From contig DASUIG010000029.1 of NCBI GenBank assembly GCA_036273155.1, forward strand, positions 40,283 to 104,282: a stretch of DNA of 64,000 nt, read 5' to 3'. The notes beneath the pieces are model-generated. The model ran no database searches and was not told where the DNA came from. It saw nothing but the letters and a program-made list of their open reading frames with translations. The translations under genes and the position numbers were made by a program. Of the stretch, positions 45,329 through 54,468 are shown piece by piece. Origin of the DNA: Gaiellaceae bacterium (lineage in GTDB: Bacteria > Actinomycetota > Thermoleophilia > Gaiellales > Gaiellaceae). Numbering within the stretch: position 1 is the stretch's first letter; every line of letters starts with the position of its first letter.

Positions 45329-45350
45329 TTGGTCCGAGAGAGGAGCGACG

Positions 45351-46400
45351 ATGACCAAGTTCAAGCTCGAGTACATCTGGCTCGACGGCTACGAGCCGAC
45401 GCCCAACCTGCGCAGCAAGACGAAGATCGTCGCGTTCGCGGGGACGCCGACGCTCGACGAGCTGCCGCTCTGGAACTTCGACGGCAGCTCGACGCGACAG
45501 GCGGAGGGCTCGAGCTCGGACTGCTTCCTGCAGCCGGTCGCCGTCTTCCCCGACCCGGACCGCGAGACCGCGCTGCTCGTCATGTGCGAGGTGCTGCTCC
45601 CGGACGGGACGCCGCACCCGTCGAACAGCCGCGCGACGATCGAGGACGACCCCGGCGCGTGGTTCGGCTTCGAGCAGGAGTACTTCCTCTACCGCGACGG
45701 CGCTCCGCTCGGATTCCCGAAGGAGGGCTTCCCGCCGCCACAGGGCGAGTACTACACCGGCGTCGGTTACAAGAACGTGGGCGACGTCGCGCGCCGGATC
45801 GTCGACGAGCACATCGACCTCTGCCTCGAGGCGGGCATCGAACTCGAGGGGATCAACGCCGAGGTCGCGAAGGGGCAGTGGGAGTTCCAGATCTTCGGCA
45901 AGGGCTCGAAGCGAGCCGCCGACGAGCTGTGGGTCGCGCGGTACCTGCTCATGCGGCTTTGCGAGCGCTACGGCGTCGACGTCAACTGGCACTGCAAGCC
46001 GCTCGGTGCCGAGCTCGACTGGAACGGCTCCGGGCTGCACACGAACTTCTCGACGACGCACATGCGCGAGGTCGGAGGCGAGGAGTACTTCGAGGCGCTG
46101 ATGGCCGCCTTCGACGCCTACAAGCATGACCACATCGCCGTGTACGGCCCCGACAACCATCTGCGTCTCACCGGTCTGCACGAGACGCAGTCGATCGACA
46201 AGTTCAACTACGGCGTCGCCGATCGCGGCGCGTCGGTCCGGGTGCCGCACAGCTTCGTGGGAGACGGCTACCGGGGCTACCTCGAGGATCGGCGGCCGAA
46301 CTCGCTGGGCGACCCGTACCGCATCGCCGGCCGGATCCTCCAGACGATCGTGACAGTGCCGACGTTCGCGGAGGACGCGGAGGAGGCGGTGGCGGCGTAA
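45351..46400 (+). CDS. glnII: Glutamine synthetase type II
   Basis: 'MTKFKLEYIWLDGYEPTPNLRSKTKI', 'GFEQEYFL', 'NAEVAKGQWEFQ' and 'NGSGLHTNFS'. Confidence 0.92.
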   Translation: MTKFKLEYIWLDGYEPTPNLRSKTKIVAFAGTPTLDELPLWNFDGSSTRQAEGSSSDCFLQPVAVFPDPDRETALLVMCEVLLPDGTPHPSNSRATIEDDPGAWFGFEQEYFLYRDGAPLGFPKEGFPPPQGEYYTGVGYKNVGDVARRIVDEHIDLCLEAGIELEGINAEVAKGQWEFQIFGKGSKRAADELWVARYLLMRLCERYGVDVNWHCKPLGAELDWNGSGLHTNFSTTHMREVGGEEYFEALMAAFDAYKHDHIAVYGPDNHLRLTGLHETQSIDKFNYGVADRGASVRVPHSFVGDGYRGYLEDRRPNSLGDPYRIAGRILQTIVTVPTFAEDAEEAVAA

Positions 46401-46405
46401 CCGTC

Positions 46406-46888
46406 GTGCGGATCCGGGCGCTCGGCGAGTCGGACTGGCCCGCGGTGGCGGCGATCTACGCCGAGGGGATCGCCGCCGGCGACGCGACGTTCGAGACGGA
46501 GGTGCCGTCGTGGGAGACCTGGGACGAGGCGCACCCGTCGCTGCGCCTCGTCCCCGAGGAGGACGGCGCCGTGCTCGGCTTCGCGGCGCTCTCGCCGTAC
46601 TCGCACCGGCGCTGCTACCGCGGTGTCGGCGAGGAGAGCGTGTACGTCGGCGAGGCTGCGAGAGGCAGGGGCGTCGGCCGCGCGCTCCTCGATGCGCTCG
46701 TCGCGCGCGCGGAGGCGGACGGCTACTGGACGCTGCTCGCCGGCGTGTTCCCCGAGAACGAGGCGAGCCTCGCGCTGCACGCGGCCTGCGGCTTCCACGT
46801 CGTCGGTCGGCACGAGCGGCTCGGCGAGCGCGACGGCGTCTGGCGCGACGTGCTCCTGCTGGAGCGCGTGTCTACCACCAGTCGTTGA
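46406..46888 (+). CDS. GNAT acetyltransferase, phosphinothricin/methionine-sulfoximine acetyltransferase-like
   Basis: 'TFETEVPSWE', 'VYVGEAARGRGVGRALL' and 'FPENEASLALHAACGF'. Confidence 0.8.
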   Translation: MRIRALGESDWPAVAAIYAEGIAAGDATFETEVPSWETWDEAHPSLRLVPEEDGAVLGFAALSPYSHRRCYRGVGEESVYVGEAARGRGVGRALLDALVARAEADGYWTLLAGVFPENEASLALHAACGFHVVGRHERLGERDGVWRDVLLLERVSTTSR

Positions 46889-47255
46889 CCAGCTCGGCGT
46901 CGTTCTGCTCGCCGATCGGTCCACCGACGGCGAGGAACTCGACGCCGTCCGGGCCCGCCTCGATTCCGCGCATCGTCTCCGGGTCGACGCGCAGGGCGTC
47001 CCACTGCCGCAGCTCGACGTTCTCGTCGCCGACCTTCGCCTGCGCGCTGCCGGAGAGGACGACGTAGATCTCTTCCTGCGTCGCGTGCCGGTGGCCGAAC
47101 GGGATGCGGAAGTTCGGCTGCAGGCGTTGGTAGCTGACGCCGACCTTCTTCGATTCGAGCGGCTTGCGCGCGAACCGCGCCTCGAGATCGGGCGAGAGCC
47201 CGAACGCGGTCGCCGCGTCATCCACCTCCTTCAGGTTCCGAAGCGTGTATCCCAT
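46872..47255 (-). CDS. Cupin-domain protein
   Basis: 'FGHRHATQEEIYVVLSG' and a second cupin motif. TGATG junction with the L,D-transpeptidase gene. Confidence 0.78.
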   Translation of the reverse strand: MGYTLRNLKEVDDAATAFGLSPDLEARFARKPLESKKVGVSYQRLQPNFRIPFGHRHATQEEIYVVLSGSAQAKVGDENVELRQWDALRVDPETMRGIEAGPDGVEFLAVGGPIGEQNDAELVNDWW

Positions 47256-48304
47256 CAGCCGACGTATATCGGAGTTCCGAGCGGCACGAGCGGGTACAGC
47301 TGCTCGACGTCGGCGATCGTCATGCGGACGCAGCCGTGCGAGACGGCGTGCCCGATCGACCACGTCTCGTCGGTGCCGTGGATGCCCGCGCCGTTCCAGA
47401 AGCCCATCCAGCGCGCCTTGATCGGATCGGAGGGCCCCGGCGGGATGATCCGTCCCGCGAGCGAGCCGGCCCACGCGCTGTTCGGAACGTGCCAGGACGG
47501 GTCGACCTGCTTGTCGTTGATCCGGTACAGGCCGGCGGGCGTCTCCAGTCCGGCCTGCCCGACGGCGATCGGATACGTCTTCGCGAGCTCGAGGCCGCGG
47601 TACAGGCGCAGGGTGAACGTCTCGCGGTCGACGAGGATGAATGCGGGGTAGCGCTTCGGGAGCGTGGCCGCTGTCCAGTGTGGCTCGACGGTGTGCGTCG
47701 GCACTGCGAGCGTGCGCGGCCCAGACGGCCGCACGAGCGCGGCGGCGAGCTCGGCGCGCAGGGCAGGCTGGTCGACCGCGAGACCGGTCTTCTCCGGGAC
47801 GACGTGCAGCGAGGTCGCCGAGGCGACGACGCTCGCCGATCGCGCCGGACGGTCGACGACGAGAGCGACGTTCGCGACGGTGCGCGCAAGCACGGCCCGC
47901 GACAGCGTCGCCTGCAACGGAATCGAGGCATGTACGCGCCGACCCGCGAGGTCGCGCAGGAAGCGGTGCGCGAGCCCGCCGTGGCTGCTCTCCTGCAGCG
48001 CGCGCGCGAGCATGCCCTCGACGTCGACGTGCAGCCCGACGCCGGCCGGGTCGACGACGAACGAATGGCCTGCCGCCGTGAGCCGGAGCGGGCGTTCGAC
48101 GACGCTGACGACGCGTTGCCGGAGGAGTACGCGGGCGCGGTCGGCATGCAGGCCGCCGACGTCGACGCCGGCCACGGTGACGCCGGCGGCGAGCACGTCG
48201 GCCCGCCCGTTCTCCCAGAAGTAGGCGTATGCGCCCCCGGCCGTGAGCGCCACCGCTGCGACCGCAAGCAGGATCCCGGTGGCAACGAGAAGCCGTCTGC
48301 GCAT
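47255..48304 (-). CDS. L,D-transpeptidase (YkuD domain) with N-terminal membrane anchor
   Basis: 'IHGTDETWSIGHAVSHGCVRM' and TM 'LLVATGILLAVAAVALTA'. Confidence 0.88.
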   Translation of the reverse strand: MRRRLLVATGILLAVAAVALTAGGAYAYFWENGRADVLAAGVTVAGVDVGGLHADRARVLLRQRVVSVVERPLRLTAAGHSFVVDPAGVGLHVDVEGMLARALQESSHGGLAHRFLRDLAGRRVHASIPLQATLSRAVLARTVANVALVVDRPARSASVVASATSLHVVPEKTGLAVDQPALRAELAAALVRPSGPRTLAVPTHTVEPHWTAATLPKRYPAFILVDRETFTLRLYRGLELAKTYPIAVGQAGLETPAGLYRINDKQVDPSWHVPNSAWAGSLAGRIIPPGPSDPIKARWMGFWNGAGIHGTDETWSIGHAVSHGCVRMTIADVEQLYPLVPLGTPIYVG

Positions 48305-48355
48305 CGCATGCGGGTTGTACCCGCTGTCACGAGCGGAAACAACGACAATTTCCGC

Positions 48356-49066
48356 ATGCGCTACCAGTTCGTCGACTGCCGCTGGGAGCTGGCGGCGCCC
48401 GAGCGTGGGCGCGAGCTCTACCTCGCCGGGCACGTTCCCGGCGCCTCGTTCCTCGACGTGGACGCCAACCTGTCCGACCTGTCGGTCGCCGGAGCCGGGC
48501 GGCATCCGCTCCCGTCCGCCGAGCGGTTCGGGGCGGCAGCGTCGCGGGCGGGCATCGGCCCGGGCGTGCTCGTCGTCGCGTACGGGTCGACGGGCGGCGC
48601 CGAGCGCCTCTGGTGGCTGCTCCGGCACTTCGGGCATGACGACTGCGCAGTCCTGCTCGGCGGCATCGACGCCTGGGGCGGCCCCCTCGCGGCCGGCGAG
48701 GAGAAGATCGAGCCGGCGGCGTTCGTCCCTCGCGAGCGCGAGGGCGACACGATCGCCGCGGAGGAGCTCGCCCGGCGGCTCGCCGATCCGGCGCTCGTGC
48801 TCGTCGACGCCCGCTCGGTCGTGCGCTGGCGCGGCGAGCCCAATCCGGTCGACGCCAAGCCGGGGCGGATCCCGGGAGCGCTGAACGCGCCCTGGAGGGA
48901 GCCGCAGCCCGAGCTCCCGGCCGGCGACCTCGTCGCCTACTGCGGCTCGGGCGTCACGGCGTGCGTCGTCCTCCACCGGGCGTTCCTCGCCGGCCGCGAG
49001 GGCGTGCTCTATCCCGGCTCCTGGAGCGACTGGTCCCAGCGGCCGCTGCCGGCCGAACGGAGTTAG
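48356..49066 (+). CDS. sseA: Tandem-rhodanese sulfurtransferase (3-mercaptopyruvate type)
   Basis: Active-site loop 'YCGSGVTAC' and 'GHVPGASFLD'. Confidence 0.82.
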   Translation: MRYQFVDCRWELAAPERGRELYLAGHVPGASFLDVDANLSDLSVAGAGRHPLPSAERFGAAASRAGIGPGVLVVAYGSTGGAERLWWLLRHFGHDDCAVLLGGIDAWGGPLAAGEEKIEPAAFVPREREGDTIAAEELARRLADPALVLVDARSVVRWRGEPNPVDAKPGRIPGALNAPWREPQPELPAGDLVAYCGSGVTACVVLHRAFLAGREGVLYPGSWSDWSQRPLPAERS

Positions 49067-49755
49067 CCCAACGCGTACGTGACCGTGACGGTCGCCTGCA
49101 CGTCCTCGGTGCCGGGCTGGATCGGCGTGCTGTCCTTCGCCGCCGCGCCGACCGCGAACGGGAGCGGCGCCTGCCCGCCGCCCTCGACGATCGAGACGAC
49201 GCCGCCGAGTGTGCGGCCCGCCGCGCCGGCGAGCGCCTGCGCTTTCGTCTGTGCCTGCGCCACCGCGGCCTTCAGCGCGCCGTTGTAGAGCGCGTCCTGC
49301 GACGACAAGGTCAACGACGGACCGGACACGCTGTTCGCGCCTGCGCCGACGGCTGCATCCACGACGCTGCCCGCCTTGGCAATCGCGAGCTTCGTCACCG
49401 CGATCGAGTCGGAAGCGGTGTACCCGACGATCGACGTGCCGTCGTTCGACATGACCGGGTCGAGCGACACCTGCGTCGTCTGGATGTTCGCGGCGGGAAC
49501 GCCTGTGCCCTCGACCGCGGAGATGACGTCCTTCGTGTCGGCCCCGTTGCGGCTGAGCGCCGCCGCTGCGGTCGCGGCCTTCGTCTGGACGGTGAAGTCG
49601 AACTCTGCCTGGTCGGGGACGGCGGTGGCGGTTCCCGTCCCGGTGACCGTGACGGTGTCCGTGCCCGCGGCAGTCGACGTCGTGGCCGCGTCGGCGCCGC
49701 CGGCGAGCAGCGCGACCGCGATCGCGAGGGTGACGAGAAGTCTCATGCCCTGCAT
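49063..49755 (-). CDS. SIMPL-domain (DUF541, BP26-like) secreted protein
   Basis: Signal peptide. Ala/Thr/Val-rich pattern with a C-terminal 'PIQPGTEDVQATVTVTY' signature. Confidence 0.75.
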   Translation of the reverse strand: MQGMRLLVTLAIAVALLAGGADAATTSTAAGTDTVTVTGTGTATAVPDQAEFDFTVQTKAATAAAALSRNGADTKDVISAVEGTGVPAANIQTTQVSLDPVMSNDGTSIVGYTASDSIAVTKLAIAKAGSVVDAAVGAGANSVSGPSLTLSSQDALYNGALKAAVAQAQTKAQALAGAAGRTLGGVVSIVEGGGQAPLPFAVGAAAKDSTPIQPGTEDVQATVTVTYALG

Positions 49756-49785
49756 ACGCTGCCGGGCACCCCGGATGTCACATGG

Positions 49786-50307
49786 CTACGCGGCGGCGGT
49801 GGACGTGCCGAGCTCGCCCAGGTACTGCGTCCAGCCGTGCGGGATGCGCGGAGCCGCGAGCTTGATGAAGAGCACGGGCTGTGGCGGCCTAGGCGGCGTC
49901 CGGAGCTCCATGCCGGCCTGTTCCAGCGTCCGGTCGCCCTTGCGCAAGTTGCACGGCGCGCAGGCGGTGACGACGTTCTCCCAGATCGACTCGCCGCCCT
50001 TCGAGCGCGGGACGACGTGGTCGAGGGTCAGCCGGCCGCCCGAGGTGCCGCAGTAGACGCAGCGCCACCCGTCGCGGGCAAAGAGCGCCCGGCGGGAGAT
50101 CTTGCGCTGGATGGCGCGGGGAACTCGGACGTAGGTGACGAGCCGGATCACGTGCGGGCGGATGAAGCTGCCGGTCGCCGACCGGAGCGGCTGGTCGAGA
50201 TGCTCGATCACCTCGGCCTTGCCCTTGTAGACGAGCACGTGCGCCCGCCGAACCGTGCAGACGTTCAACGGCTCGTAGCTGGCGTTCAGAACGAGGACAT
50301 GCCCCAT
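49786..50307 (-). CDS. HNH endonuclease (173 aa)
   Basis: 'CVYCG...LTLDHVVPRSKGGESIWENVVTACAPCNLRKG'. Confidence 0.88.
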   Translation of the reverse strand: MGHVLVLNASYEPLNVCTVRRAHVLVYKGKAEVIEHLDQPLRSATGSFIRPHVIRLVTYVRVPRAIQRKISRRALFARDGWRCVYCGTSGGRLTLDHVVPRSKGGESIWENVVTACAPCNLRKGDRTLEQAGMELRTPPRPPQPVLFIKLAAPRIPHGWTQYLGELGTSTAAA

Positions 50308-50339
50308 TTCCTGGGCAGAAAGGTACCAGCGAGGCCCGA

Positions 50340-50822
50340 CTACGAGGCCATGGCCCGTTCGACCGCCTCCAGCTCCTCGGGCGAGAGGGCGACGGAGGAG
50401 CGGCCGTGCTCGATCTCCTTCACGTAGATGCGGGCGTAATCGCGGCCCTGGATGGCGCTGACGACGATGCCGCTTCGCGCCGAGTCGAGGAGCGCGAACG
50501 ACGACGACTGGTGCCCGCCGCTGCCCTCGTACGCGTCGTAGCGGACGATCGCAGTCCGGGAGACGCTGTCGTCGACGCGCCGGTCGACGCGGGCGAGCCC
50601 GGCCGCGATCTCGTCGATCGCCCGGTGTAGGTCGTCGATGCGGCTCTGGAGCGAGACCGCGAAGTCGACGAGGTCGGCCTTCCCGCCGCCGAGCAGGACG
50701 CGCTGGGCCCGACGCACGCGCCGGAGCGACGCGAAGTAGCCGACTGCGAGCAGCACGGCGAGGATCGCAGCCGCGGCTGCGCCGACCGCGATCCACGCTG
50801 CGACGGAGGAGTTGACGTGCAT
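50340..50822 (-). CDS. DUF4446-like membrane-anchored protein
   Basis: N-terminal TM helix, a coiled region, and 'AIVRYDAYEGSGGHQSSSFALLD'. Confidence 0.7.
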   Translation of the reverse strand: MHVNSSVAAWIAVGAAAAAILAVLLAVGYFASLRRVRRAQRVLLGGGKADLVDFAVSLQSRIDDLHRAIDEIAAGLARVDRRVDDSVSRTAIVRYDAYEGSGGHQSSSFALLDSARSGIVVSAIQGRDYARIYVKEIEHGRSSVALSPEELEAVERAMAS

Positions 50823-51970
50823 CAGCCGAGCGTGAAGAAGACCGTGTAGGTGGCGGTGTTGTTCGAGACGTTCGTCTCTCCCGGCACCGGCGCGACGTCG
50901 ACCTTCACGGTCGCCCTGTTCCCGAACGCGCCGGCCGGGAGCTGGAGGTTTCCGAACGACACGGTCTGCTGCGTCTTCGACGCGATCGTCTGGATCGTCT
51001 GTGTCCGCTTGATCGTCGTGGTGCCGGCGGTGATCGTCAGGTGCACGACCACCCCGTTCTCCTGGAAGTTGCCGGAGTCCTCGACGGTGGCCGCGAACGC
51101 GAGCTCGGCCGAGACCTTCACCGTCGTGGCGGTCGAGGTGGACAAGGCCGTCGCGCCCGGGTTGGCGACGACGGAGACGAGCGCCGACCCGTGCAGGCCG
51201 CTCGGCGTCCCGCCGGTCGACGCGCCCTTGAGATGGTCGAGCAGCACGCCGAACGAGCGCGCGCTCACGAGCTCCGTATTGGGGACGAAGGCCGACTTCG
51301 GAATGATGACGTCGGTTATCCCCTCCGTCTTCAGCTCCTGCGTCGCCGGCACGCGGTAGAGCTGCTCCCACACGACGTCGCTTGCTGTCAGCAGCTCCGC
51401 CTGCGCCGCGAGCCCGTCGATGGATGCGTTGGTCGAGCTCGTGCTCTTCGGATTCCACGCTGCGACGACGTCGCCGAGCGCGGCGAGGCCCTTTGCGCGC
51501 AGCTCGATCGCGTCCACGAACCGCTCGTGGATCTGGCGCAGCGGGCCCGGCGGGCGGATCTGCTGCGCCTGGTCGTACTCCTGCTGCTCCTGCTGCGCGT
51601 ACTGCTGCAGGCTCGATTCGAGGTCGGATTGCTTGAGCACCGACGAGCCGAGCTTCGCGGCGAATTCCCGGCCCAGCGCGTTCGAGCTCGCTGCGACCGT
51701 GCGGACGCGCATCGCGTACGACGCGTACTGGTTGTGCGTGCTCTTGCCCTGGCAGGCGCCGACCCAGAAGACGAAGGCGACGACGATCGCGATCGCGATC
51801 GCGATCAGGCCGACGAGCCGCGCGAGAGGCACGAGGCCGGTGGGCCCCGCAGGCGGCCGCGGAGGGCCGGAGCGCTCCCGCCGGGCGCGGCGGCGCGGAC
51901 GCGACGCCTCCGCCGTTTCCGGCTCGTCGAAGAAGTCGAACTCGATGTTCTCGTCGTCGAAAGTGTTCAT
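50822..51970 (-). CDS. Hypothetical single-pass membrane protein with a C-terminal CARDB-like beta domain
   Basis: Acidic N-terminus 'MNTFDDENIEFDFFDEPE', TM 'LIAIAIAIVVAFVFWV', and C-terminal 'VAPVPGETNVSNNTATYTV'. Confidence 0.65.
   Translation of the reverse strand: MNTFDDENIEFDFFDEPETAEASRPRRRARRERSGPPRPPAGPTGLVPLARLVGLIAIAIAIVVAFVFWVGACQGKSTHNQYASYAMRVRTVAASSNALGREFAAKLGSSVLKQSDLESSLQQYAQQEQQEYDQAQQIRPPGPLRQIHERFVDAIELRAKGLAALGDVVAAWNPKSTSSTNASIDGLAAQAELLTASDVVWEQLYRVPATQELKTEGITDVIIPKSAFVPNTELVSARSFGVLLDHLKGASTGGTPSGLHGSALVSVVANPGATALSTSTATTVKVSAELAFAATVEDSGNFQENGVVVHLTITAGTTTIKRTQTIQTIASKTQQTVSFGNLQLPAGAFGNRATVKVDVAPVPGETNVSNNTATYTVFFTLG
51785..51806. repeat. (GATCGC)n hexanucleotide tandem repeat, about 3.7 units
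   Basis: gatcgc gatcgc gatcgc gatc. It encodes the IAIAIAI part of the TM helix. Confidence 0.7.
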
Positions 51971-52053
51971 GCCGTCAGCCGGTCGGGCCAGACTGTAACG
52001 CGGCCCTCTGTTGGAGAGGAAATCCGCCGGTTGTCGCCAACCTGAACAGACCG

Positions 52054-53658
52054 ATGTCCAACGGTGCGCTCGCTCTCCAGCAAAGCGAGCCCGTCCTCGG
52101 TCGCTACCGGCCGATTCGGCCGCTCGGGAGCGGCGGGTCGGGCTCGGTCTGGCTCGCCCGCGACGAGCGGACGGGCCTCGACGTCGCCCTGAAGATCGTC
52201 GCCCGGGAGGGCAAGGCGGCGGCGCGGGCCGAGCGCGAGGCGGCCGCGGCGGCACGGCTGCGCCACCCGAGCTGCCTGCGCGCGTACGCATTCGCCCGCG
52301 ATGCGCGGCACGTCTACATCGCGTACGAGTTCGTGCCGGGGCGCACCTTCCGCGAGGCGCTGCGCGCGGGCGAGCTCGACGACGCAGATGCGGTCGAGGC
52401 CTGCGCGCAAGTCTCGGAGGGGCTCGCACACGCCCATCGCGCGGGAATCCTGCATCGCGACGTGAAGCCGTCGAACGTCCTCCTCGCCGACGGTGAGGGC
52501 GTGTCGGCCCGGGTGCTCGACTTCGGGCTCGCGCGGATGGCGGAGGCGGAGACCCTGACTGCGCAGGGAGACGTGCCCGGCACGCTCGCGTACATCTCGC
52601 CGGAGCGGCTGGCCGGCGACGACGCCACCGAGGCCGCCGACGTCTGGGCGGTGGGCGTGATGCTCTGGGAGTCCCTCGCGGGCCGCCATCCGTTCTGGCA
52701 GACGTCGATGCTCGACACCGCGCGTGCGATCGAGGCGGGGGCGCCGTCGCTCGGCACGCTGCGGCCCGACCTGCCGAAGCAGTTGATCCACCTCGTCGAC
52801 CGCGCGCTGTCTCGAAGCCCGACACGCCGTCCGTCCGCGGCCGCTCTGGCCGACGCGCTGCGGGGAGCCGCCGTCCACCGCCGCCGCAAGCGGGCGCGGG
52901 CCCTCGGCCTCTCCGTTCCGGCGGAAGCGGGCCGCGCCGGTGCCGCCGCGCTCGCGGCCACGTTCGTCGCTTGGACCGCTGCTTCCATCCCCTTCTACCC
53001 GCACGGCTGGGCGGCCGGCCTCGCGGTCCTCGCCGCGGCCGTGACCGCGTTCCGGCCGCGCGCGGGGCTCGCACTCGCACTCGCCGTGCCCGTGCTCCCG
53101 CTCGGCAACGTCTCCCTCGGGCTCGCGATTCTGTACGGCGCGCTCGCGCTCGCCTGGCTCGTCCTGTCTTGGCGCGAGCCGCGCGGTGGCCTCCTGTTCG
53201 CACTCGGGCCGCTGCTCGTCCCGCTGAGCGCGCTCGGGCTCGTGCCGCTCGCGGCCGGCACGCTTCGCGCGGGGTCGCGCCGTGCGGCCCAGGCGGGGCT
53301 TGCCGTCCTCGTGGCCGCCGTCGTCGCCGGAATCCGCCATGCGACGCTTCCGCTCGTCGGCTCGCGCCCGCCCCTCGGCCTGGGCATCGCGGGTGCCCGC
53401 GATCCGCTCGACGTGGCCGGATCGCTCGCGCGCGCCGCGGCCGCCCACCCGGGGCTGGTCGTCGAGGCCTGCGTCTTCGCCGCCGTGGCGCTCGCCCTTC
53501 CGTTCGCGCATGCCCGCGGCCGGTGGGGCGCCGCGGCACTCGGGGGAGCGATGCTCGTCGCGACCGTCGTCGCCGTCCCCTCCGCACCGGCGGCTTCGCT
53601 GGCCGCCGCCGCCTGGCTGACCGCCGCCGCGGTCGCGCTGCGCGCTCGGCGCGCGTAA
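52054..53658 (+). CDS. Ser/Thr protein kinase fused to a polytopic membrane domain
   Basis: 'LGSGGSGSVWLA', 'ALKIV', 'HRDVKPSNVLL' and 'DFGLAR', then 8 or more hydrophobic segments. Confidence 0.88.
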   Translation: MSNGALALQQSEPVLGRYRPIRPLGSGGSGSVWLARDERTGLDVALKIVAREGKAAARAEREAAAAARLRHPSCLRAYAFARDARHVYIAYEFVPGRTFREALRAGELDDADAVEACAQVSEGLAHAHRAGILHRDVKPSNVLLADGEGVSARVLDFGLARMAEAETLTAQGDVPGTLAYISPERLAGDDATEAADVWAVGVMLWESLAGRHPFWQTSMLDTARAIEAGAPSLGTLRPDLPKQLIHLVDRALSRSPTRRPSAAALADALRGAAVHRRRKRARALGLSVPAEAGRAGAAALAATFVAWTAASIPFYPHGWAAGLAVLAAAVTAFRPRAGLALALAVPVLPLGNVSLGLAILYGALALAWLVLSWREPRGGLLFALGPLLVPLSALGLVPLAAGTLRAGSRRAAQAGLAVLVAAVVAGIRHATLPLVGSRPPLGLGIAGARDPLDVAGSLARAAAAHPGLVVEACVFAAVALALPFAHARGRWGAAALGGAMLVATVVAVPSAPAASLAAAAWLTAAAVALRARRA

Positions 53659-53694
53659 TCCGGCCAGCGTAGGGGTAACCTCAGCCGCGCAACC

Positions 53695-54468
53695 ATGGTG
53701 CTCCGGTCGATCGAACAGAAGATCGAGGCCCTCTTCGAGGGAGTCTTCGGCCGGGCTTTCCGGACGAACGTCCAGCCCGTCGAGCTCGCCCGCAAGGTCG
53801 CGAAGGAAATGGACGACCATCGCGTCGTCTCGGTCTCGCGCGTATACGTCCCGAACGAGTACACGATCTACCTGTCGCCGGCCGACCACGAGCAGTTCGA
53901 GGGCTACGAGAACTCGCTGCTCTCGGAGCTCGAGGAGTACCTGAGCGAGCACGCGCGCCGCGAGAGCTATGCGCTGCTGACGCCGCCGCGGGTCCAGCTC
54001 GAGACGGATGAGGACCTGGCACTGGGCGAGTTCGGCATCGCCACGCGCATGGTGCAGCCGCGCCACGGCCATCGCGCCGAGGAGGAGCCGGAGGAGCAGG
54101 TCGAGTCGGGCGCGACGATGATCTACAAGCACCCGGTCCCGGACGCGACGGAGGCCGCCTCGCCGGAGGAGCTCGGGCTGGAGCGGGAGGCCGCGGTGCT
54201 GTCGTGGGACGGGCAGCGCCTGCGCGTGGACAAGCGCCGCGTCGTCCTCGGCCGCTCGCGCGAGTGCGACATCCAGATCGAGGACGCAAACGTCTCCCGG
54301 CGCCACGCCGAGCTGCGACAGGAGGGGACGGCCTTCTGGATCGTCGACCTCGACTCGACGAACGGGGTCGAGGTGAACGGCCGGCGCGTGAAGCGCGCGA
54401 AGCTCGATCCGGGCGACAGATTCACGGTCGGCTCGACCGAGGTGACGTTCTCGACGGAGCGCGAATGA
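53695..54468 (+). CDS. fhaA: FhaA-like protein (DUF3662 plus FHA domain)
   Basis: N-terminal 'IEQKIEALFEGVFGRAFRTNVQPVELARK' and C-terminal FHA 'GRSRECDIQIEDANVSRRHAEL...STNGVEVNG'. Confidence 0.88.
   Translation: MVLRSIEQKIEALFEGVFGRAFRTNVQPVELARKVAKEMDDHRVVSVSRVYVPNEYTIYLSPADHEQFEGYENSLLSELEEYLSEHARRESYALLTPPRVQLETDEDLALGEFGIATRMVQPRHGHRAEEEPEEQVESGATMIYKHPVPDATEAASPEELGLEREAAVLSWDGQRLRVDKRRVVLGRSRECDIQIEDANVSRRHAELRQEGTAFWIVDLDSTNGVEVNGRRVKRAKLDPGDRFTVGSTEVTFSTERE

Noticed and set aside
51785-51806. GATCGC tandem repeat considered as a possible CRISPR or mobile-element signature.
   Set aside because: It is only about 3.7 contiguous units with no spacers. It lies in frame inside a TM helix (IAIAIAI). 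It is a simple coding microsatellite.
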